Origin: an uncultured Rhizobium sp.
Lineage (GTDB): Bacteria > Pseudomonadota > Alphaproteobacteria > Rickettsiales > UBA1997
Length of the DNA: 64,000 bases
Direction: 5' to 3'
Assembly (NCBI GenBank): GCA_964447395.1
Contig: CAYUSO010000002.1
Coordinates: forward strand, 3,341-67,340
The position numbers were made by a program, and so were the translations under genes. Positions 47,117 through 56,486 of the stretch are shown here, piece after piece; position 1 is the stretch's first letter, and every line of letters begins with the position of its first letter. The notes under the pieces are model-generated. The model saw only the letters and a list, made by a program, of their open reading frames with translations, was not told where the DNA came from and did not search any database.

Positions 47117-47270
47117 CTCAGTTCCACGAGCAAAGCGTAGCGTCGTCGAGGGGTTTGAAGGATATGGACTTAAAACCTCTCGACGACGGCCTTCGGCCTT
47201 TGCTCGGGGAGCTGAGATAGAGGCCTTTGCTTGGGGAAGTGAATTGGTAAATTTGTGTTTCAGGATCTCT
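47117..47270. repeat. REP-like family A variant plus remnants
   Basis: cagttccacgagcaaagcgtagcgtcgtcgagggg ... cctctcgacgacggccttcggcctttgctcggggagctgag; family B remnant gtttcaggatct. Confidence 0.85.
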
Positions 47271-47291
47271 CTTCGTAAATCACAAAAATAA

Positions 47292-48530
47292 CTAAACCGC
47301 AGCGAGCTTCTCAATCAAACGCTTGAACCAGCTATTTTTGGTTTCGAAACCATCTTTGATTTTCTCTTTCAGGTAAAGATTTTGCAAAAATACCAACATG
47401 CCGAGCGAGCAGGAATGAGTTGGGTTTAGAATCTCTGACGGCGCTAAATCAAATTTACTCGGATAGCCGATACGCACATTTTTTTCAAAAATTTCCGCAG
47501 CCAATTTGTCGATTCCAACAATTGAAGCCACGCCGCCAGTGAGCACGATGTTGTTCATCATGTAGAGCGGAATTCCGGTTTGTTCGAGAGCAGATTTTAC
47601 TGATTCAAAAAGCTCTTCCAGCCTTGATTGAATGATGTCGCGAAGCTCTGAACGCGTAATGCGAATCATGCCGGATTCATCAGCGCTTTCAGAAAATCTA
47701 AATTTAATCATTTCCCTTTCTTCAATCGGCGAAATTAGCAGCGAACCATTGAGAGTTTTGATTTTTTCTGCCATGTCGAAATTGATTCCGAGAATGGTGG
47801 CGATGTCTTTGGTGATATGCACGCCGCCAATTTTCGAATTACCGACATGAATCAATTTTCCTTCAAGCATGATGCAAAAAGAAGTTGAACTTCCGCCGAC
47901 ATCAATGAGCAAAGTTCCGAGATTCATTTCATTATCCGAAAGGCAAGAAAGCGCGGAGGCGTAAGGCTCAACGATGTAATTGTTGATTGAGAGCTGACAT
48001 CTTTTTAGGCAATTTTCGATATTTTTAATCGTGGTCTGCGAAGTGGAAATTACGTGAAATTTAGCATTTAATTTTTCGCCCGACATATAGCGAGGATTCA
48101 CTACCGGCGCGGAATCGTCGATGCGATATTGCAAGGGAATCAAATTGATTATTTCGCGATTTTTTTTCTTGAACTCGCTACGAATTTTTCCAGCAAGATT
48201 TGCGATGTCAGAAGTTTTAACAATATCCGCATCAATTTTTGCGCCAACCTCTTTGCGCATAGACACGACTTGACTTCCCGAGATTCCAACTAACAGACGA
48301 TCGATGTTAAATCCCGCCATTCTTTCCGCTTCGGAAACGACATTGGTGATAGATTTTTGCGCCAAACGCATGTCGGAAATAGCACTGGCAGTGATTCCGC
48401 GAGATTCCTTATGGCCATAACCAAGAATTTTGATCTCATCATTGCTGATTGAAGCGATGATACAAACCAGCTTGGAAGAGCCCATATCAAGGCAAGCGAC
48501 GATTTTTCCTTTTTTTAAATTCTTAGACAT
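47292..48530 (-). CDS. ftsA: Cell division protein FtsA
   Basis: LDMGSSK, IDVGG, VGG.HIT.DI, VLTGG, C-terminal amphipathic helix. Confidence 0.96.
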   Translation of the reverse strand: MSKNLKKGKIVACLDMGSSKLVCIIASISNDEIKILGYGHKESRGITASAISDMRLAQKSITNVVSEAERMAGFNIDRLLVGISGSQVVSMRKEVGAKIDADIVKTSDIANLAGKIRSEFKKKNREIINLIPLQYRIDDSAPVVNPRYMSGEKLNAKFHVISTSQTTIKNIENCLKRCQLSINNYIVEPYASALSCLSDNEMNLGTLLIDVGGSSTSFCIMLEGKLIHVGNSKIGGVHITKDIATILGINFDMAEKIKTLNGSLLISPIEEREMIKFRFSESADESGMIRITRSELRDIIQSRLEELFESVKSALEQTGIPLYMMNNIVLTGGVASIVGIDKLAAEIFEKNVRIGYPSKFDLAPSEILNPTHSCSLGMLVFLQNLYLKEKIKDGFETKNSWFKRLIEKLAAV

Positions 48531-48554
48531 AAATTTTTAAATGCAGGAAATTTT

Positions 48555-48690
48555 GGGGATTTATCCCTTCACGAACAAATTTTTATTTCAGTTCCCCGAG
48601 CGGAGTCGAGGGGTTGGGAGCTTGTTTTTCCACCCCTCGACTTCGCTCGGGGAACTGAGAATTTTTGTCCATCAAGGGATAGTCACCAAA
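48555..48690. repeat. REP-like family A with both outer arms
   Basis: gggatttatcccttcacgaacaaa...cagttccccgagcggagtcgagggg...cccctcgacttcgctcggggaactgag...tttgtccatcaagggatagtc. Confidence 0.88.
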
Positions 48691-48745
48691 TTTTGGCGGA
48701 AAATTTTAAACTTGTACAAAACTAAACAGTGGATTGGTTGCTTCA

Positions 48746-48781
48746 ATTCGTAAATCACAAATCGAAAATCGTAAATCACAA
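48746..48781. repeat. Heptamer tandem array overlapping the ftsQ stop
   Basis: ttcgt-aaatcac-aaatcga-aaatcgt-aaatcac. Confidence 0.8.
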
Positions 48782-49651
48782 CTGCTTCATCTCTTTCATC
48801 ACCGAGTCATCATACTCCAAGAAAATTTTATCCTTGATTCGCAGATCAATCACTTTCAGTCCTACGATTGAACCCGGCATGTTATAAATTTTTATTAAAT
48901 GCTGCCAAGCCTCAGAAATAAAGACTTCCGGCAGTTTGATTAATAGACCATTTTCGAAACGAATATCCCATCTGCGATTACCAATCCAAGTTGCAGAATA
49001 GACATTTTTGCTCAATTCCGAATCAATAGTAAAAATATTAAAAAGCGACTTAGCGTGAGTATTGGCGCCCTTCCCCGATAATATCACCATGTGACGAAAT
49101 TCTTCTGCATCTTCGTAAGGAACAGTATTTCCGTCCTTATCGATGATAAATTTTTTTCCATCATTTTGCCAAATTGCAAAAGGCTCATATTCGACAATCG
49201 AAATATTTAAAACATCTGGCATACTGCGCGTGACCACGACTTTGTTGATCCAAGGCAGATTAGTTTTTAGCTCATCAATTAAATTTTGAATTAAAGGCTG
49301 ATAAGTTGATGAGCTATTTTCGAGAATTTTTTTGCGCGAAAAATTCACCACCTCAATAATTCTTTCTTTGCTAACACGACTATTTCCGCTGATGTTAATT
49401 TTCTCAAATTCGCGATTATCGAGATGCAAATAATGCAAAAAATAGAAGGAAGATTTGGCGTAGATTTTATCCAATAATATCGGCTTAAAAAATTTAATTG
49501 CCGCAAATGTCAAAACCAAAACGGTGATTACAGCCAATACTAGCTTGATTAGAAGCGGCTTTACCGAAAGATAAAAAAAACTTCTGACTTTACGAGAAAG
49601 TTGGTTGGTAAGAAAAAAATTTCTGATGTTTTCTTGGATTTTTTTTATCAT
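48776..49651 (-). CDS. ftsQ: Cell division protein FtsQ
   Basis: TM, POTRA (LPWI...V.R.MP), PFAIWQ, RRWD, IDLR. Confidence 0.92.
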   Translation of the reverse strand: MIKKIQENIRNFFLTNQLSRKVRSFFYLSVKPLLIKLVLAVITVLVLTFAAIKFFKPILLDKIYAKSSFYFLHYLHLDNREFEKINISGNSRVSKERIIEVVNFSRKKILENSSSTYQPLIQNLIDELKTNLPWINKVVVTRSMPDVLNISIVEYEPFAIWQNDGKKFIIDKDGNTVPYEDAEEFRHMVILSGKGANTHAKSLFNIFTIDSELSKNVYSATWIGNRRWDIRFENGLLIKLPEVFISEAWQHLIKIYNMPGSIVGLKVIDLRIKDKIFLEYDDSVMKEMKQL

Positions 49652-50571
49652 CCGCAGCGCGCAGTTTTAATCAAAAATTCGCAAATTTCTTCGAAAGAAA
49701 TTCCGACATGCTTAGCAATTTTCGGCACAAGAGATGTGGCAGTGAAACCAGGGTGGGTGTTGGTTTCGAGCAAGTAAAATTCGTTATCGCCGCCATCTTT
49801 GTTATTCAAAATAAAATCGACTCTGCTGATGCCGCGACAACCTGCAACTTGATGACAACGCTGCGCTAAATCTAAAACTTCGGCATATTTTTCAGCACTG
49901 ATTTCGGCGGGCATGATGTAGTCAGTCATGCCTGCGGTATATTTGCATTTGTAATCGTAAAACAAACCGTGCGGCCGCACCTCTATTGCTCCGAGAGCTT
50001 TGCCATCCATCACTGCAACCTGAATTTCTTGTCCAGCGAGATATTTTTCGACGATGATTTCGTCGCCAAATTTCCACTCATATTTGGAAAAATCGAATTG
50101 CATATTTGGCAAAATAACTTCGACACCGACTGATGATCCTTCGTTGATTGGCTTGATTACAAACGGTTTTCCGACGGCAAAAATTTTCTCTTTATTTTGC
50201 GCATCTTCGCCTTTTTTTAAAATTTCGTAATGCGGAAATTTTACGCCAACTGTTGCGGCGATTTTTCTGGTTAAAACCTTATCCATACAAAGTGCTGAAG
50301 CGACAATTCCGGAATGAGTGTAAGGAATTTCAAGAATGTCGAGAAGGCCCTGAATTCGGCCATCTTCACCATATTGTCCATGAAGTGCGTTGAAAATTAT
50401 GTCGGGTTTTACTTCGCGTAATTGCTCAAAAATTTTGCGCGAAAAATCAATTTTTGTTGCGCGATATCCGAGTTTGGTGAGCGCCGCAAAAACCGCCTCG
50501 CCTGAACGCAAAGAAACCTCTCTTTCCGAATTCCAGCCGCCCATAAGCACGGCAATATTTTTGTTTTTCAT
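49648..50571 (-). CDS. ddl: D-alanine--D-alanine ligase
   Basis: SEREVSL.SG, ALHG..GEDG, EGSSVG, YDY..KY, LE.NT.PG. Confidence 0.97.
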   Translation of the reverse strand: MKNKNIAVLMGGWNSEREVSLRSGEAVFAALTKLGYRATKIDFSRKIFEQLREVKPDIIFNALHGQYGEDGRIQGLLDILEIPYTHSGIVASALCMDKVLTRKIAATVGVKFPHYEILKKGEDAQNKEKIFAVGKPFVIKPINEGSSVGVEVILPNMQFDFSKYEWKFGDEIIVEKYLAGQEIQVAVMDGKALGAIEVRPHGLFYDYKCKYTAGMTDYIMPAEISAEKYAEVLDLAQRCHQVAGCRGISRVDFILNNKDGGDNEFYLLETNTHPGFTATSLVPKIAKHVGISFEEICEFLIKTARCG

Positions 50572-50888
50572 TATGATTTTTTATCGTCTTTTTTGCCTGA
50601 AAATTCTTGAGCTTTTATTGCATCTTTGGCGACAGATTCTGCTGCTTTTAGCTCGTCAATTACGTAGCCGCAAAGCTCTTCGAAAGAAACGCGATTTTTT
50701 TCCGAAACTTCCGCCAGCTTTTTGAATGATTGCATGATATCGAGCGGAACCATGCCGCCCTTGTTGTCAGACAGCCATTTATTTTGAAAATTTAACGGAT
50801 GAGAACCAATTGCAGGATCGCCGACATAAAGCGTGACTGGCGCCTTCTTTGCACCAAAGTCGCAATTTGCGGTAAATTTTTTAACCAT
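50571..50888 (-). CDS. DUF2610-like protein
   Basis: KKFT..CDFG..KAP...Y.G.P...HPL.FQ.KWL....GG.VP pattern recalled from Rickettsiales. Confidence 0.75.
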   Translation of the reverse strand: MVKKFTANCDFGAKKAPVTLYVGDPAIGSHPLNFQNKWLSDNKGGMVPLDIMQSFKKLAEVSEKNRVSFEELCGYVIDELKAAESVAKDAIKAQEFSGKKDDKKS

Positions 50889-50900
50889 ACTTGGATATTT

Positions 50901-51713
50901 TTAGCTGATTAATTTTGAGGCGATTGCCGCTACAAAAGGCTGATTTTCGAAGGCAAATTTTTTGTAAATTAACTCTTCTCCAATGGCAGATTTTTCGCGA
51001 TTAAAATTTAAGTTTTTTACTTTTCCACCCATAAGTTCAACCAAGGCCTGACCTGCTGCGATGTCCCATTCCATTGAGGGACGAAAATGCAAATAAAGAT
51101 CGGAATCGCCTTCAAGAAGACGAAAGAATTTTATTGCAGAAGAAAGTTTTTCGACGGTGATATTTTTTTCTGAATTAGGAAAAATTTGTGCCAAAAAACT
51201 TTTTATTGTTTCGTCTTTAGAACGAGAGCTGGTGATGATTCGCAAACTATTTTGTTCCGCAGTTTTTGCCGATAAAATTTTTTCTTCACCACTTAATTTT
51301 CTCATCACGATTTGATTTTTTTCGTCGCAAAAAATCATTTTTCCACCTTCAAAAAGTGGGGCAAAAATTAAGCCGAAAACTGGTTTTTTATTTTTGACTA
51401 AAGCAATACTGATGCAGAATTCGATATTGCCCGCAATGAAGCTGGACGTGCCATCAATTGGGTCGATGAGAAAAAATAACTCGCTCGAAATATCACGCAA
51501 ATTTCCTTCTTCGCATATCAGCGGAATTTGCGGAAATTCCTGCGATAATTTCTCGCGCAAAAATTCACTAATCGCGATGTCGGCCGAACTTACTCTTGAT
51601 CCGTCAGGTTTTTTCCACACTTCAAAATTGCGAGTTTTAAAAAACTTTGTGGCGATTTCACCCGCTGCAATTGCGCTAGAAATTATTTTTTCGATTTGTG
51701 ATTTATTAAGCAT
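50901..51713 (-). CDS. cysQ: 3'(2'),5'-bisphosphate nucleotidase (inositol monophosphatase family)
   Basis: EE, IDPIDGT, EWDIAAG. Confidence 0.9.
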   Translation of the reverse strand: MLNKSQIEKIISSAIAAGEIATKFFKTRNFEVWKKPDGSRVSSADIAISEFLREKLSQEFPQIPLICEEGNLRDISSELFFLIDPIDGTSSFIAGNIEFCISIALVKNKKPVFGLIFAPLFEGGKMIFCDEKNQIVMRKLSGEEKILSAKTAEQNSLRIITSSRSKDETIKSFLAQIFPNSEKNITVEKLSSAIKFFRLLEGDSDLYLHFRPSMEWDIAAGQALVELMGGKVKNLNFNREKSAIGEELIYKKFAFENQPFVAAIASKLIS

Positions 51714-52938
51714 CTTTCCTTGTAAATAAAGGCTTGGCAAGAAATGCAGCAAATGAAACTAGCAACAAAAATGGCAATGAAAAAAGTGACTGATTTGTAG
51801 ATTGCAGAATAATTACCGCCGCAGTGAAAGGCATTCCAAGAACCGGACTCAAAAAAGCCGTCATGCCGCTTAAAATAAAAATTTTCGCATCAAGCGTAGC
51901 AAAAAAATGGCTAAAGACTGAACCAAATCCAGCACCAATTGCAATTGCCGGAGCAACAAGGCCGCCCGCACAACCAGAAATAAAGGTGAGAGTTGTGGAA
52001 ATAATTCGGCCAAAAACCTCTCCTGCCGAAAGCAAAATTCCAGCATTTTCCAAGGCGTCATTAACAGTTTTTATTCCTCCGCCAACCGAATAAACGCCGC
52101 CATAAAGACTTACGATTGAAACCGCAAAACCGCATAAAATCGGCGGCAAATGCCAAGCAGCGGATTTTATTTCAGAAATTTTTTTGTAGAGAATTTTGGT
52201 TATTTCTAAAAATAAAAATGCGCTTACGCCGCAAAAAAGTGCTAAAAAAATCAGCTTAATAAGCTGCGCATCGTAGGAAAATTTTATAATCCCTGAAGTG
52301 AAGACTGGAGAAGATCCGTAAAGAATTAGGCTTGCTGCTAAAATGGCGATAAAAGTAAAAAAAATGTGCGAAAAAAAAGTTTTACGATCTGAATTTATCA
52401 GCTTCTCCGCAATGTAAATTATGCCAGCGATTGGTGAGTTGAAAGCTACGGACAAGCCAACTCCGCAACCTGCGATAATCCATCCTTCTAAAGAAATTTT
52501 TGGAAAAAACTTTCTGAAATAATTAGCAAATTCAGCAAAAATTCCTGCTGCCATATGAACCGAGGGCCCTTCTCTACCAAGTGATCCACCGCCGAAAGTT
52601 GCGATTAATGAACTAAAAAATCCAACCACGGTGACACGCAAACTTACAAAAGAGGAAATTTTTTCGTAAGAATTTGGAGTTTTTTTTAGCTGAATCAAAG
52701 ATGATTTTATATGCTGCAAATTACTGCCGGAAGCGTTGATAGCAAAGCGTCTGCATGAGTAGGCAGAAACCCAGAAAAAAAGTGGCGTAACAAAAAAAGC
52801 AATTAGTGGATTTTTTACAATTCGCTCTTTGGCAAACAAACCAAAATCATAAAAAATATGGCAATAATGAATGATAAAAAAAGCGGCAATCAAAGCGGTA
52901 ATAACGAGCAGAGCCAGAGGCGCTATTTTGTTTTTCAT
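51706..52938 (-). CDS. ClC-family chloride channel/antiporter
   Basis: GREGPSV, AFNSPIAG, GG..AP; many TMs. Confidence 0.88.
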   Translation of the reverse strand: MKNKIAPLALLVITALIAAFFIIHYCHIFYDFGLFAKERIVKNPLIAFFVTPLFFWVSAYSCRRFAINASGSNLQHIKSSLIQLKKTPNSYEKISSFVSLRVTVVGFFSSLIATFGGGSLGREGPSVHMAAGIFAEFANYFRKFFPKISLEGWIIAGCGVGLSVAFNSPIAGIIYIAEKLINSDRKTFFSHIFFTFIAILAASLILYGSSPVFTSGIIKFSYDAQLIKLIFLALFCGVSAFLFLEITKILYKKISEIKSAAWHLPPILCGFAVSIVSLYGGVYSVGGGIKTVNDALENAGILLSAGEVFGRIISTTLTFISGCAGGLVAPAIAIGAGFGSVFSHFFATLDAKIFILSGMTAFLSPVLGMPFTAAVIILQSTNQSLFSLPFLLLVSFAAFLAKPLFTRKDA

Positions 52939-53495
52939 TATTTACGATTTTGAATTTCTTTATATTCGCGCGCCAATTCTGCGTAATTATCGGCGGAAAT
53001 TTTTATGTAATCTTTTTCGCTTTGAGTCATATCGCGGAAATATTTTGCTGGATTGCCAGCCCAGATCTGGCCTGATTTCACAACCTTTCCTGGAGTTAAA
53101 ACTGCGCCCGCCGCAAGCATACCAAATTCCTCAACTCGCGCTAAATCCATAATCACCGAACCCATGCCGATAAAGGCATTATCCTCAATTATGCAAGCGT
53201 GAATTATGGCGTTATGTCCAATAGTCACATTGTTTCCAATCACAACTGGAGCACCTTCAGCGCCAGTTTTATTTTGTACGTGATGCGGACGAGTTCCATG
53301 CAAAACCGTGTTATCCTGAATGTTGGTATTGTCGCCAATAGTGATTTTTGTCACATCACCACGCACAACGCAGCCATACCAAATTCCGGAATTTTTTCCG
53401 ACTTTAACATCGCCGGAAATGATTGCGGTGTGAGCCACAAAAGCTGATGAATCAAGGCTTGGAGAGGCGTTGCGATAAGAAAAAATATTTTTCAT
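52938..53495 (-). CDS. Gamma carbonic anhydrase family protein
   Basis: RGD, NIQD...H, GH.A..H hexapeptide repeats. Confidence 0.93.
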   Translation of the reverse strand: MKNIFSYRNASPSLDSSAFVAHTAIISGDVKVGKNSGIWYGCVVRGDVTKITIGDNTNIQDNTVLHGTRPHHVQNKTGAEGAPVVIGNNVTIGHNAIIHACIIEDNAFIGMGSVIMDLARVEEFGMLAAGAVLTPGKVVKSGQIWAGNPAKYFRDMTQSEKDYIKISADNYAELAREYKEIQNRK

Positions 53496-53545
53496 AAATT
53501 AAAAATTTTTGTGATTTGTGATGAAGATTCTCGAAAAATCGCTAA

Positions 53546-54703
53546 TCAAATAAGCTCTTCAAACTCACGAATTGCATAGCGATCAGTCATTCCAGCAATG
53601 TAATCCGAAATTAAAATTGCTAAAGTTTTTTGGTCGGAAATTTTTATCGCTAACTCGGCGCGCTCATCAGGCAAGCAACTCGGCGAGCTCATGTAATAAT
53701 CGAAAAGTCCGCTGATAATTTTTTTGGCATTGGCAGTCATACGATTAACCGTGGAATGACGGTACATGTTTTGCATCAAAAATTTCTTCAGCGCCTGATG
53801 AGTTTTTTCCATTTCGTCAGAAAATTTTACTAAGAATTTTTTGCATTGGCGCACATCTTTTTCGCTAAGAATTTTGTTTTCTTCGATATTGCTTTTTGTG
53901 GTTTGAATCACATCAATCACCATGGCTAGAGTTAGTAATTTCTTGGCCTCGCCAACTAAAAGCTCGCGTTTAATTTTTGGATATTTCGCTAAAATTTCCT
54001 GATAAATTTTCCCAACCAACGGTAAAGAAAAAAGCTCTTCAACCGTGAATAATTCTGCGCGCAAACCATCCTCAATATCGTGGTTATTGTAAGCTATATC
54101 GTCAGCAATTGCAGAAATTTGCGATTCGATTGAAGGAAAGTTTTTTAAGTCTAAATCATGACGAGAATTATAATCGGTGATATAGGCATGAACCCTTGAT
54201 TCATCTGCGATGGGACCATTATGCTTTACCACTCCTTCAAGCATTTCCCACGATAAATTCAAACCTTCAAATTCAATAAAACGCGTCTCGATTTTTGTGA
54301 TAATTTTTAGCGTGTGTGCATTGTGCGAAAATCCGCCAAAATCTTGCATTTTTTCGTTGAGAATATCTTCGCCAGCGTGACCAAAAGGCGTGTGTCCAAG
54401 ATCGTGAGCGAGGGAAACGATCTCCGCCAAATCCTTGTTGACCTTAAGCGCGCCGGCAATCCAGCGCGCGATTTGCGCAACTTCCAACGAGTGAGTTAAA
54501 CGAGTGCGATAGTGATCGCCTTCGTGATTTACGAAGACTTGCGTTTTGTATTGTAAGCGGCGGAAAGCAGAGGAATTAATGATGCGATCGCGATCGCGAC
54601 CGAAAACTGAGCGATATTTTGAATCGTCGTAAGTCTCGCGAAATAAGCGTCCGCGCGATTTTTCTTCATCAACAGCGAAAGAGGCGAGCTCAAAATTTAT
54701 CAT
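53546..54703 (-). CDS. dgt: dGTP triphosphohydrolase-like protein
   Basis: RDRDRI, RTRLTHSLEV, HDLGHTPFGHAGE, DDIAY, DYIAGMTD. Confidence 0.95.
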   Translation of the reverse strand: MINFELASFAVDEEKSRGRLFRETYDDSKYRSVFGRDRDRIINSSAFRRLQYKTQVFVNHEGDHYRTRLTHSLEVAQIARWIAGALKVNKDLAEIVSLAHDLGHTPFGHAGEDILNEKMQDFGGFSHNAHTLKIITKIETRFIEFEGLNLSWEMLEGVVKHNGPIADESRVHAYITDYNSRHDLDLKNFPSIESQISAIADDIAYNNHDIEDGLRAELFTVEELFSLPLVGKIYQEILAKYPKIKRELLVGEAKKLLTLAMVIDVIQTTKSNIEENKILSEKDVRQCKKFLVKFSDEMEKTHQALKKFLMQNMYRHSTVNRMTANAKKIISGLFDYYMSSPSCLPDERAELAIKISDQKTLAILISDYIAGMTDRYAIREFEELI

Positions 54704-54812
54704 TCAAATGCAAAATTAAAAAGGCGATTGCCAAAGTCGAAATCACAATAAAAGCCGCGAAAATCGTGGCTTTGAGCATGATGCGTTTTTTGGTTAGTTG
54801 ATGATTTATCAT
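54690..54812 (-). CDS. Possible 40-aa single-TM peptide
   Basis: MINHQLTKKRIMLKATIFAAFIVISTLAIAFLILHLNDKF fills the kbl-dgt gap. Confidence 0.3.
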   Translation of the reverse strand: MINHQLTKKRIMLKATIFAAFIVISTLAIAFLILHLNDKF

Positions 54813-54847
54813 CTTAATTTCTGAATTTTTAGTGAGGGGCAAAAAGT

Positions 54848-56059
54848 CTATTTCACCACTCCTAACTTTTTCCCCACTTTCACAAAAGCCGCAATTGCAC
54901 AATCAAGATGTTCTTTTTCATGAGCGGCAGAAATTTGTACGCGGATTCTTGCTTCATTTTTTGGCACTACCGGAAAAGAAAAAGCGATGACGTAAATCGA
55001 TTCTTCCTCAATCATCATTTTGGCAAATTTACTAGCTAGAAGAGCATCTCCTAGCATTACAGGCACAACGGGATGCACACCGTTTTTGTCACGCACATCA
55101 AAACCAGCTTCAACCATTTTTTCGCGAAAATATTTCGTATTTTCGGCAAGCTTTTTTATTAGAATTTTTGAGCTTGAAATCATGTTTAAAATTTCAATTC
55201 CCGTCGCCGCAACCATCGGCAAAATATTGTTGGAAAAAAGATAAGGCCGAGCTTTGTTGCGCAGTTTTTCGATGATTTCTTTGCGAGATGCAATGAAGCC
55301 TCCACCTGCGCCGCCCAAGGCTTTTCCAAGAGTTGAAGTTAAAATATCGACGCGTCCTTCAACGACGCAAAGCTCCAAAGTTCCGCGACCATTTTCGCCG
55401 ATAAATCCTGTTGCGTGCGAGTCATCAACCAAAACCATGCTGTCATATTTTTCAGCTAAATCGCAAATTTCTTTGAGTTTGGCAATGTCGCCATCCATTG
55501 AAAACACTCCATCCGTGACCAATAAACGATTTTTGTGTTTTTGTGCGGATTTTAATTTTTCTTCTAGATCAGCAAGATCGTCAAATTTATAAAAATAGCG
55601 CGAAGCCTTACACAGTCTGATTCCGTCGATCAAACTAGCATGATTTAAATCAGCAGAAATTATTGCATCATTTTCATCAAGAAGCGCTGAGAACACGCCA
55701 CCATTGGCGGCAAAGCATGAAGAAAAAGTGATTACATCTTCAAAATGCAAAAACTCTGCGAGCTTTTTTTCGAATTTTTTGTGCAGATCGAAAGTGCCGC
55801 AGATGAAGCGCACCGAGGCAGTTCCAAGCCCATATTCATCAAGAGATTTTTTGGCGATTTCGATTAAGTTTTTGTTATTCGCCAAGCCCAAATAATTGTT
55901 AGCGCAAAAATTCAGAACGCGTTTTTTTGTTTGCTGATGAAAAATTTCAATGTCGGAAGATTGCGAAGTGATGATTTCATATTCACCCTTGTAAAGACCG
56001 GCTTCATGCAGGTTTTGTAATTCAGATTTTATATCTTCGATAAACTGTTTTTTGAGCAT
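54848..56059 (-). CDS. kbl: Glycine C-acetyltransferase
   Basis: NFCANNYLGL, SVRFICGT, DDSHATGF, TLGKALGG, ARIRVQ.SAAH. Confidence 0.95.
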   Translation of the reverse strand: MLKKQFIEDIKSELQNLHEAGLYKGEYEIITSQSSDIEIFHQQTKKRVLNFCANNYLGLANNKNLIEIAKKSLDEYGLGTASVRFICGTFDLHKKFEKKLAEFLHFEDVITFSSCFAANGGVFSALLDENDAIISADLNHASLIDGIRLCKASRYFYKFDDLADLEEKLKSAQKHKNRLLVTDGVFSMDGDIAKLKEICDLAEKYDSMVLVDDSHATGFIGENGRGTLELCVVEGRVDILTSTLGKALGGAGGGFIASRKEIIEKLRNKARPYLFSNNILPMVAATGIEILNMISSSKILIKKLAENTKYFREKMVEAGFDVRDKNGVHPVVPVMLGDALLASKFAKMMIEEESIYVIAFSFPVVPKNEARIRVQISAAHEKEHLDCAIAAFVKVGKKLGVVK

Positions 56060-56115
56060 AATTTTTTGTTTTTTGAGACGTATTTTTTGCTGAGGTTAAA
56101 ATCTTGGTAGGCCAA

Positions 56116-56151
56116 TTGACAAGACAAAAATGCCAAATAATTTCCGCCGCG
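56116..56151 (+). promoter_or_regulatory. Putative sigma70 promoter
   Basis: TTGACA-N16-TAATTT-CCGCCGCG. Confidence 0.6.
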
Positions 56152-56199
56152 CTTTGCGCCACAGAGTTCTTTTTTTCCAAATTATTTTTCTCCAAAACT

Positions 56200-56403
56200 A
56201 TGAACAAAAATTTCTTGAAATCAGTTGCTGTTGCAACTCTCGGATTAAGTCTAACCGCTTCTTGCGCTAAACTTGGCATCGGTAAAGATTCTCACAAATG
56301 CGCTACCAACAAATGCTCTTCTAAAAAAGAAGAATGCAATAAATGCTCTTCAAAAACTTGCAAAAAGCATCATAAAAAAGCCGAGGCTAAAACTAAAAAA
56401 TAG
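56200..56403 (+). CDS. Small Cys/Lys/His-rich lipoprotein (67 aa)
   Basis: Lipobox TASC; HKCATNKCSSKKEECNKCSSKTCKKHHKK; own promoter and terminator. Confidence 0.75.
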   Translation: MNKNFLKSVAVATLGLSLTASCAKLGIGKDSHKCATNKCSSKKEECNKCSSKTCKKHHKKAEAKTKK

Positions 56404-56419
56404 TTGGTTCTAACCTTCG

Positions 56420-56460
56420 AGCCCAGCTTTGACAATGTTCAAAGCTGGGTTTTTTCTTTT
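56420..56460 (+). terminator. Rho-independent terminator
   Basis: cccagctttg-acaatgtt-caaagctggg followed by a T-tract. Confidence 0.85.
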
Positions 56461-56486
56461 AAACCACTCCTCTCCTTGCAAATCAC

